Below are positions 27,498-36,893 of a DNA stretch of 64,000 nt, in pieces. The notes under the pieces were generated by a model that saw nothing but the letters and a program-made list of their open reading frames with translations, was not told the DNA's origin and did no database searches. This DNA is from an uncultured Actinomycetes bacterium (lineage in GTDB: Bacteria; Actinomycetota; Actinomycetes; Streptosporangiales; Streptosporangiaceae). Every line of letters begins with the position of its first letter. The stretch's first letter is position 1. Location of the stretch: contig CAWGIW010000004.1 of the NCBI GenBank assembly GCA_963822825.1, positions 73,872 to 137,871 on the forward strand, in the 5' to 3' direction. Made by a program: the position numbers and the translations under genes.

Positions 27498-29282
27498 GTG
27501 TTTGCACGATATCTCACGGTGCTGGCAATAGCGGCCGGTACCGGGCCGCCCGTGGGGGGGAAATTGCTCTCCCGGCCGTGGCCCGGGCAGGCCGCGGTCA
27601 GCCCGGCGAACTCGTCGTCAAAGTTGGTACGGATAGTGGTGGAGACACAGAGAGCCTGGGAGGGCAAGCCCCGGCTGCCACGGCGGCGCGAGCCAGACCT
27701 TGCTGGCCTCGCCGCGTTTACCCTGGACCCCCAGGGCCATGTGGCTTCATGGTCGGTGACCGCCACCCGGCTATTCGGGCATCGGGCGCCGGCCGTGGTC
27801 GGGCAGGACGTATGCGATGTGCTGATGACCGGCCCGGGCCAGCGGCAGCTGATCCGCCACGCACTCGATGAGGTCGCGGCGGGACGAGTCTGGACCGCAA
27901 CAGTGGCGGGCGGCAACCTGGGCGAGGGACGGTTCGCCATCCGCTGTGAGCCACCGGCCGGCCCAGGCAGTGGTGCGCTGGTGATCGCCCAACGGGCCTG
28001 GCCGCAGCCTGGCCCCAGCTGGCTGAACGAGGCGGCGGCACGGATCGGCAGCACGCTCGACCTGACCCAGACCGCCTCCGAGGTCGTCGACGCCGCCGTT
28101 CCCGGGTTCGCGGAGGCGGCTGTCATTTATGGAGCAGAACGCCTGCTCGCGGCGGATGAATTCACGTCGCCCGGGGCGGGCCGCAGGACGGTGGTGCGGC
28201 GGCTGGCGGTCCGGCTCGCCGACCAGGACGCGGCCGTCATCGACCGCCTGCTGCGTCCTGGTGAGGTACTCATCTTCGCGGAGGACTCGCCCCACGCCCG
28301 GGCGATGGCGACCGGCAGCCCGGTCCTGTTCGACCACGTGGACGGTGAGACCGCTGAACGGATCGCTAGCCAGCCCGGCGGTCAGGAGATCACCTCCAGC
28401 TACACGTCGTTCCTGGCGGCGCCGCTCATCGCCCGCGGAACGGTGGTGGGGTGCGCGACGTTCGGGCGGGTGCCAGCCAGCCCCGCCTTCAACCCGGGCG
28501 ACATAGCGCTGGCTGGCGAGCTCGCATCACGCGCCGCCGTATGCATCGACAACGCGCGGCTATACCACCGCGAGCGGCGGACGGCGCTTGCCCTGCAGCA
28601 GGGCCTGCTTCCCGGGCAGCCGCACATCCCGGCGGGCATGGAGGTCGCGCACCGCTACCTGCCGGTCGGCGCCAGCGTGGTCGGCGGTGACTGGCATGAC
28701 ATCGTCCCCTTGTCCGGTGGCCGGGCGGCACTGATCGTCGGTGACGCGATGGGCCACGGCCCGGAGGCGGCGGCGGTCATGGTGCAACTCCGGACCGCGG
28801 CTCACACGCTGGCCGACCTTGAGCTGCCACCGGGCGAAGTGCTGCGCAGGCTGGACCGGATGGTGGCAGGAATGACGGCCGCGCCGTTCGCGACCTGCAT
28901 CTCCACGGTCATCGACCCGGCGTCCAGCTCTTGCGTGATCGCGCAGGCCGGTCATCTGCCGCCCGTGCTGATGCTGCCCGGCGGCGTGCCACGGGTGCTC
29001 GAACTGCCGCCCGGTCTCCCCCTTGGCCTCGGCGCCGAATCCTTTGTCGCCACCCAGATCAGCCTTCCGCCCGGGGCCACGCTCGCCCTGTACACCGACG
29101 GGCTGGTGGAAAGCCGCACCCGGCCAATTGACGACGGGCTGGCCGCGCTACGGCACGCGCTCAGCTCCGCCCTCGCCGACCCAAGCATCACGCTGGGAGA
29201 CGCCTGCGAGACGGTGACCCAGACGCTGCGTCAGTACGGCGAGGACGACATCACCCTGGTCCTGGCCCGCATCAAGCAGTGA
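27498..29282 (+). CDS. PAS-GAF-PP2C (SpoIIE-type) serine phosphatase
   Basis: PAS-like FTLDPQGHVASWSVTATRLFG, a GAF-like middle region, and a C-terminal PP2C domain (VGGDWHDIV...LIVGDAMGHG...LALYTDGLVE). The start codon is uncertain. Confidence 0.8.
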   Translation: MFARYLTVLAIAAGTGPPVGGKLLSRPWPGQAAVSPANSSSKLVRIVVETQRAWEGKPRLPRRREPDLAGLAAFTLDPQGHVASWSVTATRLFGHRAPAVVGQDVCDVLMTGPGQRQLIRHALDEVAAGRVWTATVAGGNLGEGRFAIRCEPPAGPGSGALVIAQRAWPQPGPSWLNEAAARIGSTLDLTQTASEVVDAAVPGFAEAAVIYGAERLLAADEFTSPGAGRRTVVRRLAVRLADQDAAVIDRLLRPGEVLIFAEDSPHARAMATGSPVLFDHVDGETAERIASQPGGQEITSSYTSFLAAPLIARGTVVGCATFGRVPASPAFNPGDIALAGELASRAAVCIDNARLYHRERRTALALQQGLLPGQPHIPAGMEVAHRYLPVGASVVGGDWHDIVPLSGGRAALIVGDAMGHGPEAAAVMVQLRTAAHTLADLELPPGEVLRRLDRMVAGMTAAPFATCISTVIDPASSSCVIAQAGHLPPVLMLPGGVPRVLELPPGLPLGLGAESFVATQISLPPGATLALYTDGLVESRTRPIDDGLAALRHALSSALADPSITLGDACETVTQTLRQYGEDDITLVLARIKQ

Positions 29283-29291
29283 GGACCCGCG

Positions 29292-31331
29292 TTACAGCCG
29301 GCCGCAGTGCGCCCCGGGCGGGGGCGGGACGTCCAGGGTGGGGTTGCGGCCGAAGAAACCGGTGGGCTTGAGGGTGAACCCGCACCGGCTCACCGGCATC
29401 ACCGGCCAGTCCTCCGGCCGGGGGAAGTGCGTCGGCCCGAACGTGTGCCACAGCACGACGTCCACGCCGTCGATGTCCTGGTCCCCCGCGATGAACGCCG
29501 GGATGCCCGCCCCACCGGGATGCTGATTCACGAAGTCGCCGGCCGGGAACCGGTGCGCCGGGTCATATCGCGTCACCCACAAATGCTTCGTGGCGAATCC
29601 GGCCCGCGCGTACAGCGAGGACGACGGATCGGCGAGCAGCGTCGGCGCGGCCTGCGGGTAGAGGGTGAAGCCGACCGGCTGGCCGAACCGGTTGATCACC
29701 TCCGGATTGATCACCCGCCAGATCCGGTCCCGCTCGGGCGCGGCCAGCCGCCCGGCTTCCGACTCACTGGCCAGCCGGGTCACCGTTTGGGCCAGCAAAT
29801 TCCCAAACGGATTGCCGGCCCCCACGGCGCGGCCCTCAACGTCGATCTCGTCAACGGCGTTCGCCACCCCGTCGACCATCATGTCCAGCCGAGCGCTAAA
29901 CAGGTGCTGGTGAGCGGGGGCGCCCAAACCAGGGGCGACCTGGGTCACGTACGGATGGCCGTCGCCCGGATAGGCCGACGTGAACAACACCCCGGTCAGC
30001 TTCACCTCGCACTCGATCGTGCCATCCAGGTAGAGGTACCAGTAGAAGCCGTAGTCGTAGTTGCCGACGGTGCTGAAGAACGAGATGACCAGGCGCCGCT
30101 GGCGCCGGGACTGAGCCGAGCCATTGAAGAGATCAGTGTGCTTCCACAGGATGCCGAAGTCTTCCTCGTGGATACAGATGGCGTTGCGGATGACCCGCGG
30201 CTCGCCCTGGTCGTCGGTGACCGTGGCGTCCAGGTAGGCGACCTCGCCCAGGCAGTCGCAGCCCAGCTCCAGCGAGTTCGTCCACTTCCCGAGGAGGTAC
30301 TCGCCGGTGTCGAAGTAGTTCTGCCAGTACCGGGTGGGGCCCGGGTCGCCGTACGGGACCACCATCTCGGGGATGGAGGCGCGGTAGATCACCGGCCGGC
30401 GCCGGCCGGCGTCGTCGTAGCTGATCTGGTGCAGTGAGAGTCCCTCGCGGGCGTCAAATCCGACCCGCAGCGACCAGTTCTGCCACTCGACCGCGCTGCC
30501 TTCCAGGGTGAAACTCGGTCCCTCCGGCTGGGTAATCTCGATCGGCTTGAGGGTGGTCCGTTGCGGCCCGCTGACCGCCGGGTCGTCGTAATCACCCGAC
30601 TCCCGCGGGACCGGGAGCTCGAACTCGTCGATCACCTTGAAGACCCGGCCCTCGATCAGGTCCACGTAGGCGGCCACGCCGTTGACCGGATGCGCCCAGA
30701 CCAGGTCGTGCCTGCCCGCCTGCAGGAATGCGAGGACCCGGACCATCCGGCGGCCCTGCTCGTCAGCCACCCCGTACGACCCGGCCGTCAGCGGGCAGGC
30801 GCGGATCTTCGCGACATCGGTGAGCCCGCGCCGCGCCATGGCCGCGCGCCACTCCGGGTCGGCGTGCACCACCTTCTCGGCCAGCGCGAAGTCTTGGCCC
30901 AGGATCGGCACCTGGCCATCCACCAGCGGGTCCAGCGTCCGGCGCGACACGACCTCGCTGCGGCTCAGCGACACGACGACATCGCTGGACTCGCCGCTGA
31001 CCACGTCGATCAGGAACGCCCGCAATCGCCGGTCCGGGATTGCCCCGGCCGGGCCGGCCAGTACCGCGTCCTTGGGCGGCTCCTCCAGCCCGTAGTAAGC
31101 GAACCTGACCGTCTCGGTCAGCAGGGCCGCCTCGGCCAGGATCTGCCGCCCGGCCAGGAACTCCTCCGCGCTCGCTGGGTCGAGGGGGTGCGGCGGGACC
31201 GGGCTGGGGACCCCAGCGGACCTCACGGCGGCGTCAGTCATGAGGTCGCGGCGCGTAGACCCCGGCGCTGCGGCCGGGGTTGGGGGCCGCTTCCCTCCCT
31301 CCGTTTTGTCAGTGGGCAGCGGTACCGTCAC
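29292..31331 (-). CDS. copper-containing primary amine oxidase (TPQ enzyme)
   Basis: TPQ consensus TVGNYDYGFYWYLYLDG and the Cu ligand motif APAHQHLF. 679-aa ORF; the start may instead be the ATG at 31241 (MTDAAVRS). Confidence 0.9.
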   Translation of the reverse strand: MTVPLPTDKTEGGKRPPTPAAAPGSTRRDLMTDAAVRSAGVPSPVPPHPLDPASAEEFLAGRQILAEAALLTETVRFAYYGLEEPPKDAVLAGPAGAIPDRRLRAFLIDVVSGESSDVVVSLSRSEVVSRRTLDPLVDGQVPILGQDFALAEKVVHADPEWRAAMARRGLTDVAKIRACPLTAGSYGVADEQGRRMVRVLAFLQAGRHDLVWAHPVNGVAAYVDLIEGRVFKVIDEFELPVPRESGDYDDPAVSGPQRTTLKPIEITQPEGPSFTLEGSAVEWQNWSLRVGFDAREGLSLHQISYDDAGRRRPVIYRASIPEMVVPYGDPGPTRYWQNYFDTGEYLLGKWTNSLELGCDCLGEVAYLDATVTDDQGEPRVIRNAICIHEEDFGILWKHTDLFNGSAQSRRQRRLVISFFSTVGNYDYGFYWYLYLDGTIECEVKLTGVLFTSAYPGDGHPYVTQVAPGLGAPAHQHLFSARLDMMVDGVANAVDEIDVEGRAVGAGNPFGNLLAQTVTRLASESEAGRLAAPERDRIWRVINPEVINRFGQPVGFTLYPQAAPTLLADPSSSLYARAGFATKHLWVTRYDPAHRFPAGDFVNQHPGGAGIPAFIAGDQDIDGVDVVLWHTFGPTHFPRPEDWPVMPVSRCGFTLKPTGFFGRNPTLDVPPPPGAHCGRL

Positions 31332-31469
31332 TGAGTGAGTGCCCGGCCAGCGAGCGCGGCAAGCACCCGGCCCGGCGAGTGGCGCGGCGCGCGCCAGCCC
31401 GGTACCCGCACCGAGCTGGCACGCACCGGGTTGCCGCCCAGCCCGGCAACACCTTTGACGTGGACAGGT

Positions 31470-32945
31470 TCACTCATCCGCGACGATGGAACCAACCCGG
31501 TCTCCCAGCGACGGATCGCGCCTGGTCAGCACGGCCGCGTAGATGACCGACACGATGACCACGGCCAGCGCGGCGTACGGGAACCAGTCGTACGGGGCCG
31601 GCTGCCCGGGCTTGGACAGGTAGTAGACGGGGACGGCGATCGCGATCATGCCGAGGATCGGCAGCACCACGTGCTTGACGGCGCTGAACTCCTGCGGCCG
31701 GTACTTCCGGTAGTAGAACGGCAGGGCCAGGTTCGACAGGAAGTACACGACCAGGATCAAGATCGTGCCCATCGTGGACGACTCGACGAAGAAATTGATC
31801 GGGCTCATCCCGTTGTCGCCGGTGTGCCCGGTGAATATGTGGGCGAGCGCCCAGACCACGATGATCGCGGACGCGATAAGCACGAACGTGAAAATGGCGT
31901 TCACCGGCGTGCGTCGGGTCGGGTGCACCCGGCCGAGCCAGGCCGGCAGCAGGCCCTCGCGGCCGGCGTTGAAGATGAGCCGGCACTGGGAGTTCACGGC
32001 CGAGATCAGGACGCCGAGGGTGGAGGTCATCCCGGCGAAGAAGGCGAAGAAGGCGAAGATGGCCAGGACGCTGTGCGCCACCGTGATGAACGGGATCTGC
32101 GCGGCGCCGACCTTGCTCGCGCTGTAACCGAAACCGGTGAGCGTGGCGTAGGAGAACAGCACGTAGCCCACGGCCATCATCGCCACCGACAGGAAGACCG
32201 CCCGCGGCACGTTGCGCCGCGGGTCGCCGGTTTCCTCGGCGAGTGCGGCGGAGTTTTCCCAGCCGATGAACAGATAAATCGCCAGCGGGAAGCCCGCGGC
32301 CAGGCCGGTGAAGCCGTTGTTGATGTGTTTCGGTTCGAACGGCGTGAAGCTCAGGTGCCCGCCGTTCTTGATGATCAATGCGACCGACACGACGACCAGG
32401 ACCAGCATCTCGAAGCCGAAGAAGAGCCCGGCCAGCCTGGTGGAGACGCCCACGCCGCGGACCATCATCACCACGGCGCCTGCCGTCAGCACGACCGACA
32501 GGATCCCCCATGGGACATTCCAGCCGAAGTAGTAGTTCAGGACGATGGACAGGAACCCGCCGCAGATCGCCAGCACCGAGGAGATCGCGATGATGTAGCC
32601 CGCTCCGCACAGCAGCGCGGTGGTCACCGCGCTGGTACCACCGAAGGTCTTGCCGACGAACGAGATGAATCCGCCAGTTGACGGCATCGCCCTGGAGAAC
32701 TGGGACAGCGTGTTGCCCAGCAGCGCGATCGCGATGGCGGCCACGATGATCGTGAGCGGCGCCGCGATGCCCGCCGTGGCCACCAGGAACGCGAACCCGA
32801 AGTAGAAACTGTAGGCCGGGCCGATATTCGCCATCGTTGACGCGGAGATGTCCACCAGGCTGAGCGCGCCCCGGTTCAGCCGGTCCGCCGACTCGGGCGC
32901 CTTCGTCTCGGAGAACGGAACGGAAGCCGCTTCGCTCATATGCAC
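31470..32945 (-). CDS. APC-family amino acid/amine permease
   Basis: 491 aa with about 12 TM helices. The N-terminus has the typical NIGPAYSFYFGF and STGGFISFVGKTFGG. It lies upstream of the amine oxidase on the same strand. Confidence 0.85.
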   Translation of the reverse strand: MHMSEAASVPFSETKAPESADRLNRGALSLVDISASTMANIGPAYSFYFGFAFLVATAGIAAPLTIIVAAIAIALLGNTLSQFSRAMPSTGGFISFVGKTFGGTSAVTTALLCGAGYIIAISSVLAICGGFLSIVLNYYFGWNVPWGILSVVLTAGAVVMMVRGVGVSTRLAGLFFGFEMLVLVVVSVALIIKNGGHLSFTPFEPKHINNGFTGLAAGFPLAIYLFIGWENSAALAEETGDPRRNVPRAVFLSVAMMAVGYVLFSYATLTGFGYSASKVGAAQIPFITVAHSVLAIFAFFAFFAGMTSTLGVLISAVNSQCRLIFNAGREGLLPAWLGRVHPTRRTPVNAIFTFVLIASAIIVVWALAHIFTGHTGDNGMSPINFFVESSTMGTILILVVYFLSNLALPFYYRKYRPQEFSAVKHVVLPILGMIAIAVPVYYLSKPGQPAPYDWFPYAALAVVIVSVIYAAVLTRRDPSLGDRVGSIVADE

Positions 32946-33069
32946 TCCTCATGTCTGCCGCCGAAACGGCGGTGCCAGAAAACGGCTGCTACCTGCGATG
33001 GTGCCTTGCCAGGGCGATCACCGCCAGTGCCAAAAAACGATCATCGCTGAGCTTTGTTTCAGGTTGATC

Positions 33070-33310
33070 TCAATAGGGGTAATGCGCGGGCCCCGGCGTC
33101 ACCGTGAGCCAGCGCCGCTCGGTAAATTCCTCGATGTTTGAATCACCGCCCGACCGCCCCCCGAGCCCCGACTGGCCCATGCCGCCGAACGGGGCCAGCG
33201 CCTCGTCCTGCGGGGTCGCGTCGTTGACATGCACCATGCCTGCCCGCAACCGCCGGGCCAGGCCCCCCTGCCACACCAGATCGGCCGATCCCACCGCGTC
33301 CCCTCGCATC
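33070..33310 (-). pseudogene. aldehyde dehydrogenase C-terminal remnant (about 75 aa; N-terminal ~400 aa absent)
   Basis: ...LARRLRAGMVHVNDATPQDEALAPFGGMGQSGLGGRSGGDSNIEEFTERRWLTV matches the ALDH C-terminus. No ALDH-like sequence is found upstream in any frame. Confidence 0.7.
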
Positions 33311-33577
33311 CCCACTGAGGCCGTGCGGGGAACGCCTACCTCACCCGCAGGCGACCAGGGCGTTTCCCGGCACGTACGCCAGCCACATTTGGCAAGCGCT
33401 TTCCCAATTAGGCGCAAGTTACCTGAACCGTGACCTGCGACGCAAGAGTCGATCACGGAAAAATACGAGATCAAGCCGCCGTCCCAGCTGCGTGATCATG
33501 GCTTGCCTACGGTCCGTGAGCGACGAGATGTCCTGTGCCTCACGACGCCACGGTCCCCGGCAGCGGCCGGATCCCCT

Positions 33578-33781
33578 GGTCCGTGGACGCCCACTGCCGG
33601 GCGAAACCGTCACCACCCGCGCCTGGGCCTCCGGATACGCCTCTGATCCGTGGACGCCCACTGCCGGGGGAAACCGTCACCACCCGCGCCTGGGCCTCCC
33701 GGATACGCCTCTGATCCGTGGACGCCCACTGCCGGGCGAAACCGTGACCGCCCGCGCCTGGGCCTCCCGGATACGCCTCTT
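33578..33781. repeat. 67-68-bp tandem repeat x3
   Basis: The unit (g/a)tccgtggacgcccactgccggg(c/g)gaaaccgt(c/g)acc(a/g)cccgcgcctgggcctcc(c)ggatacgcctct starts at 33579, 33646 and 33714. Confidence 0.9.
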
Positions 33782-33885
33782 TGAGGCGATCGAGCGCGAG
33801 CAGGGCAACCCCTGAACGACACGGGTGCGTCACTGGTGTCGTCCCAACGACAGCAAAGGCCGCATCGGTGCTGTCGCAGAGGAAG

Positions 33886-35226
33886 TTAGGTGTAGGCGGA
33901 CTGGCGGAGCTGACGCTGGCCGCCGGCCCGAGCACCCCCGATGTCCCATCGACGCCATGTCCGGCGCCGTCGCCGACGGCGCCGGCTGCCTTCCAGGGGG
34001 TCAGGCCGACGGGCCCGGGGGCGGGGGCGCGGGGTGGTGCTCTCCCGGAGGACCACTTCGCCGGGAACCGGGACGATCCGTGGGCGGTCCGTGGCCAAGT
34101 CACCGAGGACCAGGTTGGCGGCCATCTCGCCCATGGTCTTCAGCGGCAGCCGCACCGTGGTGAGTGGCGGGTACACGTCGCGCAACGTGACTATGTCGTC
34201 AAAGCCCGCCACGGCGATGTCGGCCGGGACCGCGAGCCCCTCGGCCCGCAGCCGGGCGAGCGCGCCGACCGCCATGACGTCGGTGACGGCGAAGACGCAA
34301 TCCGGCAGCGGGCCGCCCCCAGCCAAGACCGTGCTCATCGCCTCATAACCGCCGTCCCTGGTGAATGCCCCGTAGATGATGTCCCGCTCATCCAGGCCGA
34401 CCGACCAGGCCCGCAGGCCAGCGGCGAAGCCAGCCAGCCGGTCCCGCGCGGTGAGCAGCCCGCGCGGGCCCGCCAGCACAGCAAAGCTGCGGTGCCCTTG
34501 CGCGACGAGGGCCTGGGCGAGGGACTCGGCGCCGGCCGCGTTCTCCGGCATGATCGTGTCCACGCCGAGCAGATCCTGCCCGACGCCGACGACCCGGCCA
34601 CCGGGCCGCCGGAACGCCTCGATCTCGTGGCGCAGGGCGTCGAGGGCGGCTACGTCATCGGACCTGCTGCCGACCAGGATGACCGCGCGGGCGCGCTGGG
34701 CCCGCATCAGCGAGACGTACTCCAGTTCGCCTGGCTCACCGGCCGAGGTGCTGGACAAGCACACGAGGAACTGGCGCGAGTAGGCAACCTCCATCAGGCC
34801 AGCGGCGATGGTGGAGAAGTACGGGTCGGCGATGTCGTGGACGACCACGCCGACCGTCGTGCTCTCGCCGGTGGCGACGGCCCTGGCCTGGAGATTGGCG
34901 GTATATCCGAGCTCGGCGACGGCCTGGTGGACCCGGCTGATCATTTGCTGGCCGACCTTGCGTGGTCCGTCGCTAACCACCCGGGACGCCGTGGTCAGCG
35001 AGACACCTGCCCGGTCAGCAACGTCCTGGAGGGTGACCTGCGACGGAGGCGGCGCACCGCCCGCAGCCGCGCCGCCCCCCGCACCACCGCCCGCAGCGCC
35101 GTGGCCGCCCCGGCTCGCGACGGCACTCACGGCAGCGCTGGCGGCCCGGCGGCGGGCGCCCCCGCCGCTCGCGACGGCACTCACGGCAGCGCTGGCGGCC
35201 CGGCGGCGGGCGCCCCCGCGGCTCAC
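33886..35226 (-). CDS. LacI-family transcriptional regulator with repeat-containing N-terminal extension; both ends uncertain
   Basis: HTH VTLQDVADRAGVSLTTASRVVSD and a periplasmic-binding-fold core ...VGVVVHDIADPYFS...FAVTDVMAVGA...AGFDDI. The GTG at 35226 is the nearest plausible start. The Arg-rich tail after VLREST may be a frameshift artefact. Confidence 0.75.
   Translation of the reverse strand: MSRGGARRRAASAAVSAVASGGGARRRAASAAVSAVASRGGHGAAGGGAGGGAAAGGAPPPSQVTLQDVADRAGVSLTTASRVVSDGPRKVGQQMISRVHQAVAELGYTANLQARAVATGESTTVGVVVHDIADPYFSTIAAGLMEVAYSRQFLVCLSSTSAGEPGELEYVSLMRAQRARAVILVGSRSDDVAALDALRHEIEAFRRPGGRVVGVGQDLLGVDTIMPENAAGAESLAQALVAQGHRSFAVLAGPRGLLTARDRLAGFAAGLRAWSVGLDERDIIYGAFTRDGGYEAMSTVLAGGGPLPDCVFAVTDVMAVGALARLRAEGLAVPADIAVAGFDDIVTLRDVYPPLTTVRLPLKTMGEMAANLVLGDLATDRPRIVPVPGEVVLRESTTPRPRPRARRPDPLEGSRRRRRRRRTWRRWDIGGARAGGQRQLRQSAYT
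35113..35220. repeat. 54-bp perfect direct duplication
   Basis: gctcgcgacggcactcacggcagcgctggcggcccggcggcgggcgccccc occurs at 35113 and again at 35167. On the minus strand it encodes GGARRRAASAAVSAVAS twice. Confidence 0.9.
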
Positions 35227-35236
35227 CTGAGCCCCC

Positions 35237-35575
35237 GTGTCACCCAAGGGCCCCACGTCTCCCACAGGCACAGCATCTCCCACAGGCACGGCGGCCCCCG
35301 AACGCATGGCGTCCCCGGAAGGCACAGCGTCCCCGGAAGGCTCGGCATCTCCCGAAGGCTCGGCATCTCCCGAACGCATGGCGTCTCCCGAACGCACAGC
35401 GTCTACCGAAGGCTCGGCGTCCCCGGAAGGCACAGCACCCTCCACAGACACGGTGTCTCCCACAGACACGGTGTCCTCCACAGACATGGTGTCCTCCACA
35501 GACACGGTGTCCCCCACAGACACGGTGTCCCCCACAGACACGGTGTCCTCAATAGGCACAGCGCCTCCCGATGCC
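35237..35575. repeat. 18-bp-period minisatellite (~18 degenerate copies) between the LacI gene and the divergent oxidoreductase gene
   Basis: The units are tcccacaggcacagca, tccccggaaggcacagcg, tcccgaaggctcggca and tcccacagacacggtg. The region is open in frames on both strands (SPEGTA/SPTDTV vs GDTVSV/GDAEPS). Confidence 0.9.
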
Positions 35576-35615
35576 GCGCGGACTTGACCCAGGTTTCCCG
35601 GCCAGCCTAGTCTCA

Positions 35616-35629
35616 GGAAAGTGCTTTCC
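35616..35629. promoter_or_regulatory. candidate LacI-family operator (palindrome GGAAAG-TG-CTTTCC)
   Basis: Perfect 6-bp arms, 63 bp upstream of the oxidoreductase ATG and in the LacI/oxidoreductase divergent region. It resembles LacI-type operators (xGGAAxCGxTTCCx). Confidence 0.4.
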
Positions 35630-35691
35630 CAACTGGAGCACACCGCACCGCACCGAGCACGCCGAACGTCGGCGGCGCCGAAGGGTCGCCT

Positions 35692-36843
35692 ATGTCGCGC
35701 AAGGTCGTCCATGTCGCCGTCAACGGCGTCACCGGCCGGATGGGCTACCGCCAGCATCTGGTTCGCTCCCTGCTGAGCATCAGGGACCAGGGCGGAGTGC
35801 TCCTCGACGACGGGACCACGGTCATCCCCGAGCCGGTCCTAGTCGGCCGCAACGAAGAAAAACTGCGCGAGATAGGCGAACGGCACGGCATCGGGCGCTG
35901 GACGACCAGCCTCGACGAGGTACTCGGCGACCCCGGCGTTGACATCTACTTCGACTCGCAGGTGACCACCGCGCGAGAGGCCAGCCTGCGCCAGGCCATC
36001 GCGGCGGGCAAGCACGTCTACACCGAGAAGCCCACCGCCGAGTCGCTCGGCGGCGCACTGAACCTCGCCTGCGCGGCGCGCGCGGCCGGCATCACCCACG
36101 GCGTGGTCCAGGACAAGCTGTTCCTGCCCGGCATGATCAAACTTCGCCGGCTGATCAAGGACGGGTTTTTCGGCCGGGTCCTGTCCATCCGCCTGGAGTT
36201 CGGCTACTGGGTCTTCGAAGGGGACGGGCTCGCCGCACAGCGACCGTCGTGGAACTACCGCGCGGAAGACGGCGGTGGCATCGTTCTTGACATGTTCCCG
36301 CACTGGCAGTACCTGCTCGAGGACCTCTTCGGCCCGATCCGGGCCCTCTATTGCCGTCGCGCGACGCACGTGCCCGTCCGCTGGGACGAGTCCGGCGAAC
36401 GATATGACGTCACGGCCGACGACGCCGCCTATGCGCTTCTTGAGTTCGAGGGGGGTGCCGTTGCGTCGGTCAATTCTTCTTGGGCAGTGCGGGTTAACCG
36501 GCGGGAACTAGTCGAGCTGCACGTGGATGGCACTCATGGCAGTGCCGTGGCGGGGCTGCGCAACTGTGCCGTCCAGCACCGGGTCAACACGCCCATGCCG
36601 GTGTGGAACCCAGACCTGCCCGATCCCATCGACTACCTGGCCCAGTGGACCGACATCCCGGACAACGGGGCCTTCGACAACGGGTTCAAGGTCCAGTGGG
36701 AGCTGTTCCTCGCGCGCGCGGCCGAGGGAAATCCCTTCCCGTGGGACCTCACCGAGGGCGCCAAAGGTGTCCAGCTGGCGGGGCTCGCGCTGCAATCTTC
36801 GGCCGAGGGCAGGCGCATAGAGGTACCGCGCCTGGCCTCGTGA
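35692..36843 (+). CDS. Gfo/Idh/MocA family oxidoreductase
   Basis: MSRKVVHVAVNGVTGRMGYRQHL is a Rossmann N-terminus, and GKHVYTEKP is the family motif. 383 aa. Confidence 0.85.
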   Translation: MSRKVVHVAVNGVTGRMGYRQHLVRSLLSIRDQGGVLLDDGTTVIPEPVLVGRNEEKLREIGERHGIGRWTTSLDEVLGDPGVDIYFDSQVTTAREASLRQAIAAGKHVYTEKPTAESLGGALNLACAARAAGITHGVVQDKLFLPGMIKLRRLIKDGFFGRVLSIRLEFGYWVFEGDGLAAQRPSWNYRAEDGGGIVLDMFPHWQYLLEDLFGPIRALYCRRATHVPVRWDESGERYDVTADDAAYALLEFEGGAVASVNSSWAVRVNRRELVELHVDGTHGSAVAGLRNCAVQHRVNTPMPVWNPDLPDPIDYLAQWTDIPDNGAFDNGFKVQWELFLARAAEGNPFPWDLTEGAKGVQLAGLALQSSAEGRRIEVPRLAS

Positions 36844-36893
36844 GCGGCCACAGTGACTGGCCCAGTCACTGGCAGAGCGACTGGCACAGCGAG

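Noticed and set aside
33578-35575. CRISPR array interpretation of the 67-bp and 18-bp repeat blocks.
   Set aside because: The repeats are directly adjacent with no unique spacers. The units are degenerate rather than conserved, and there are no cas genes in the window.
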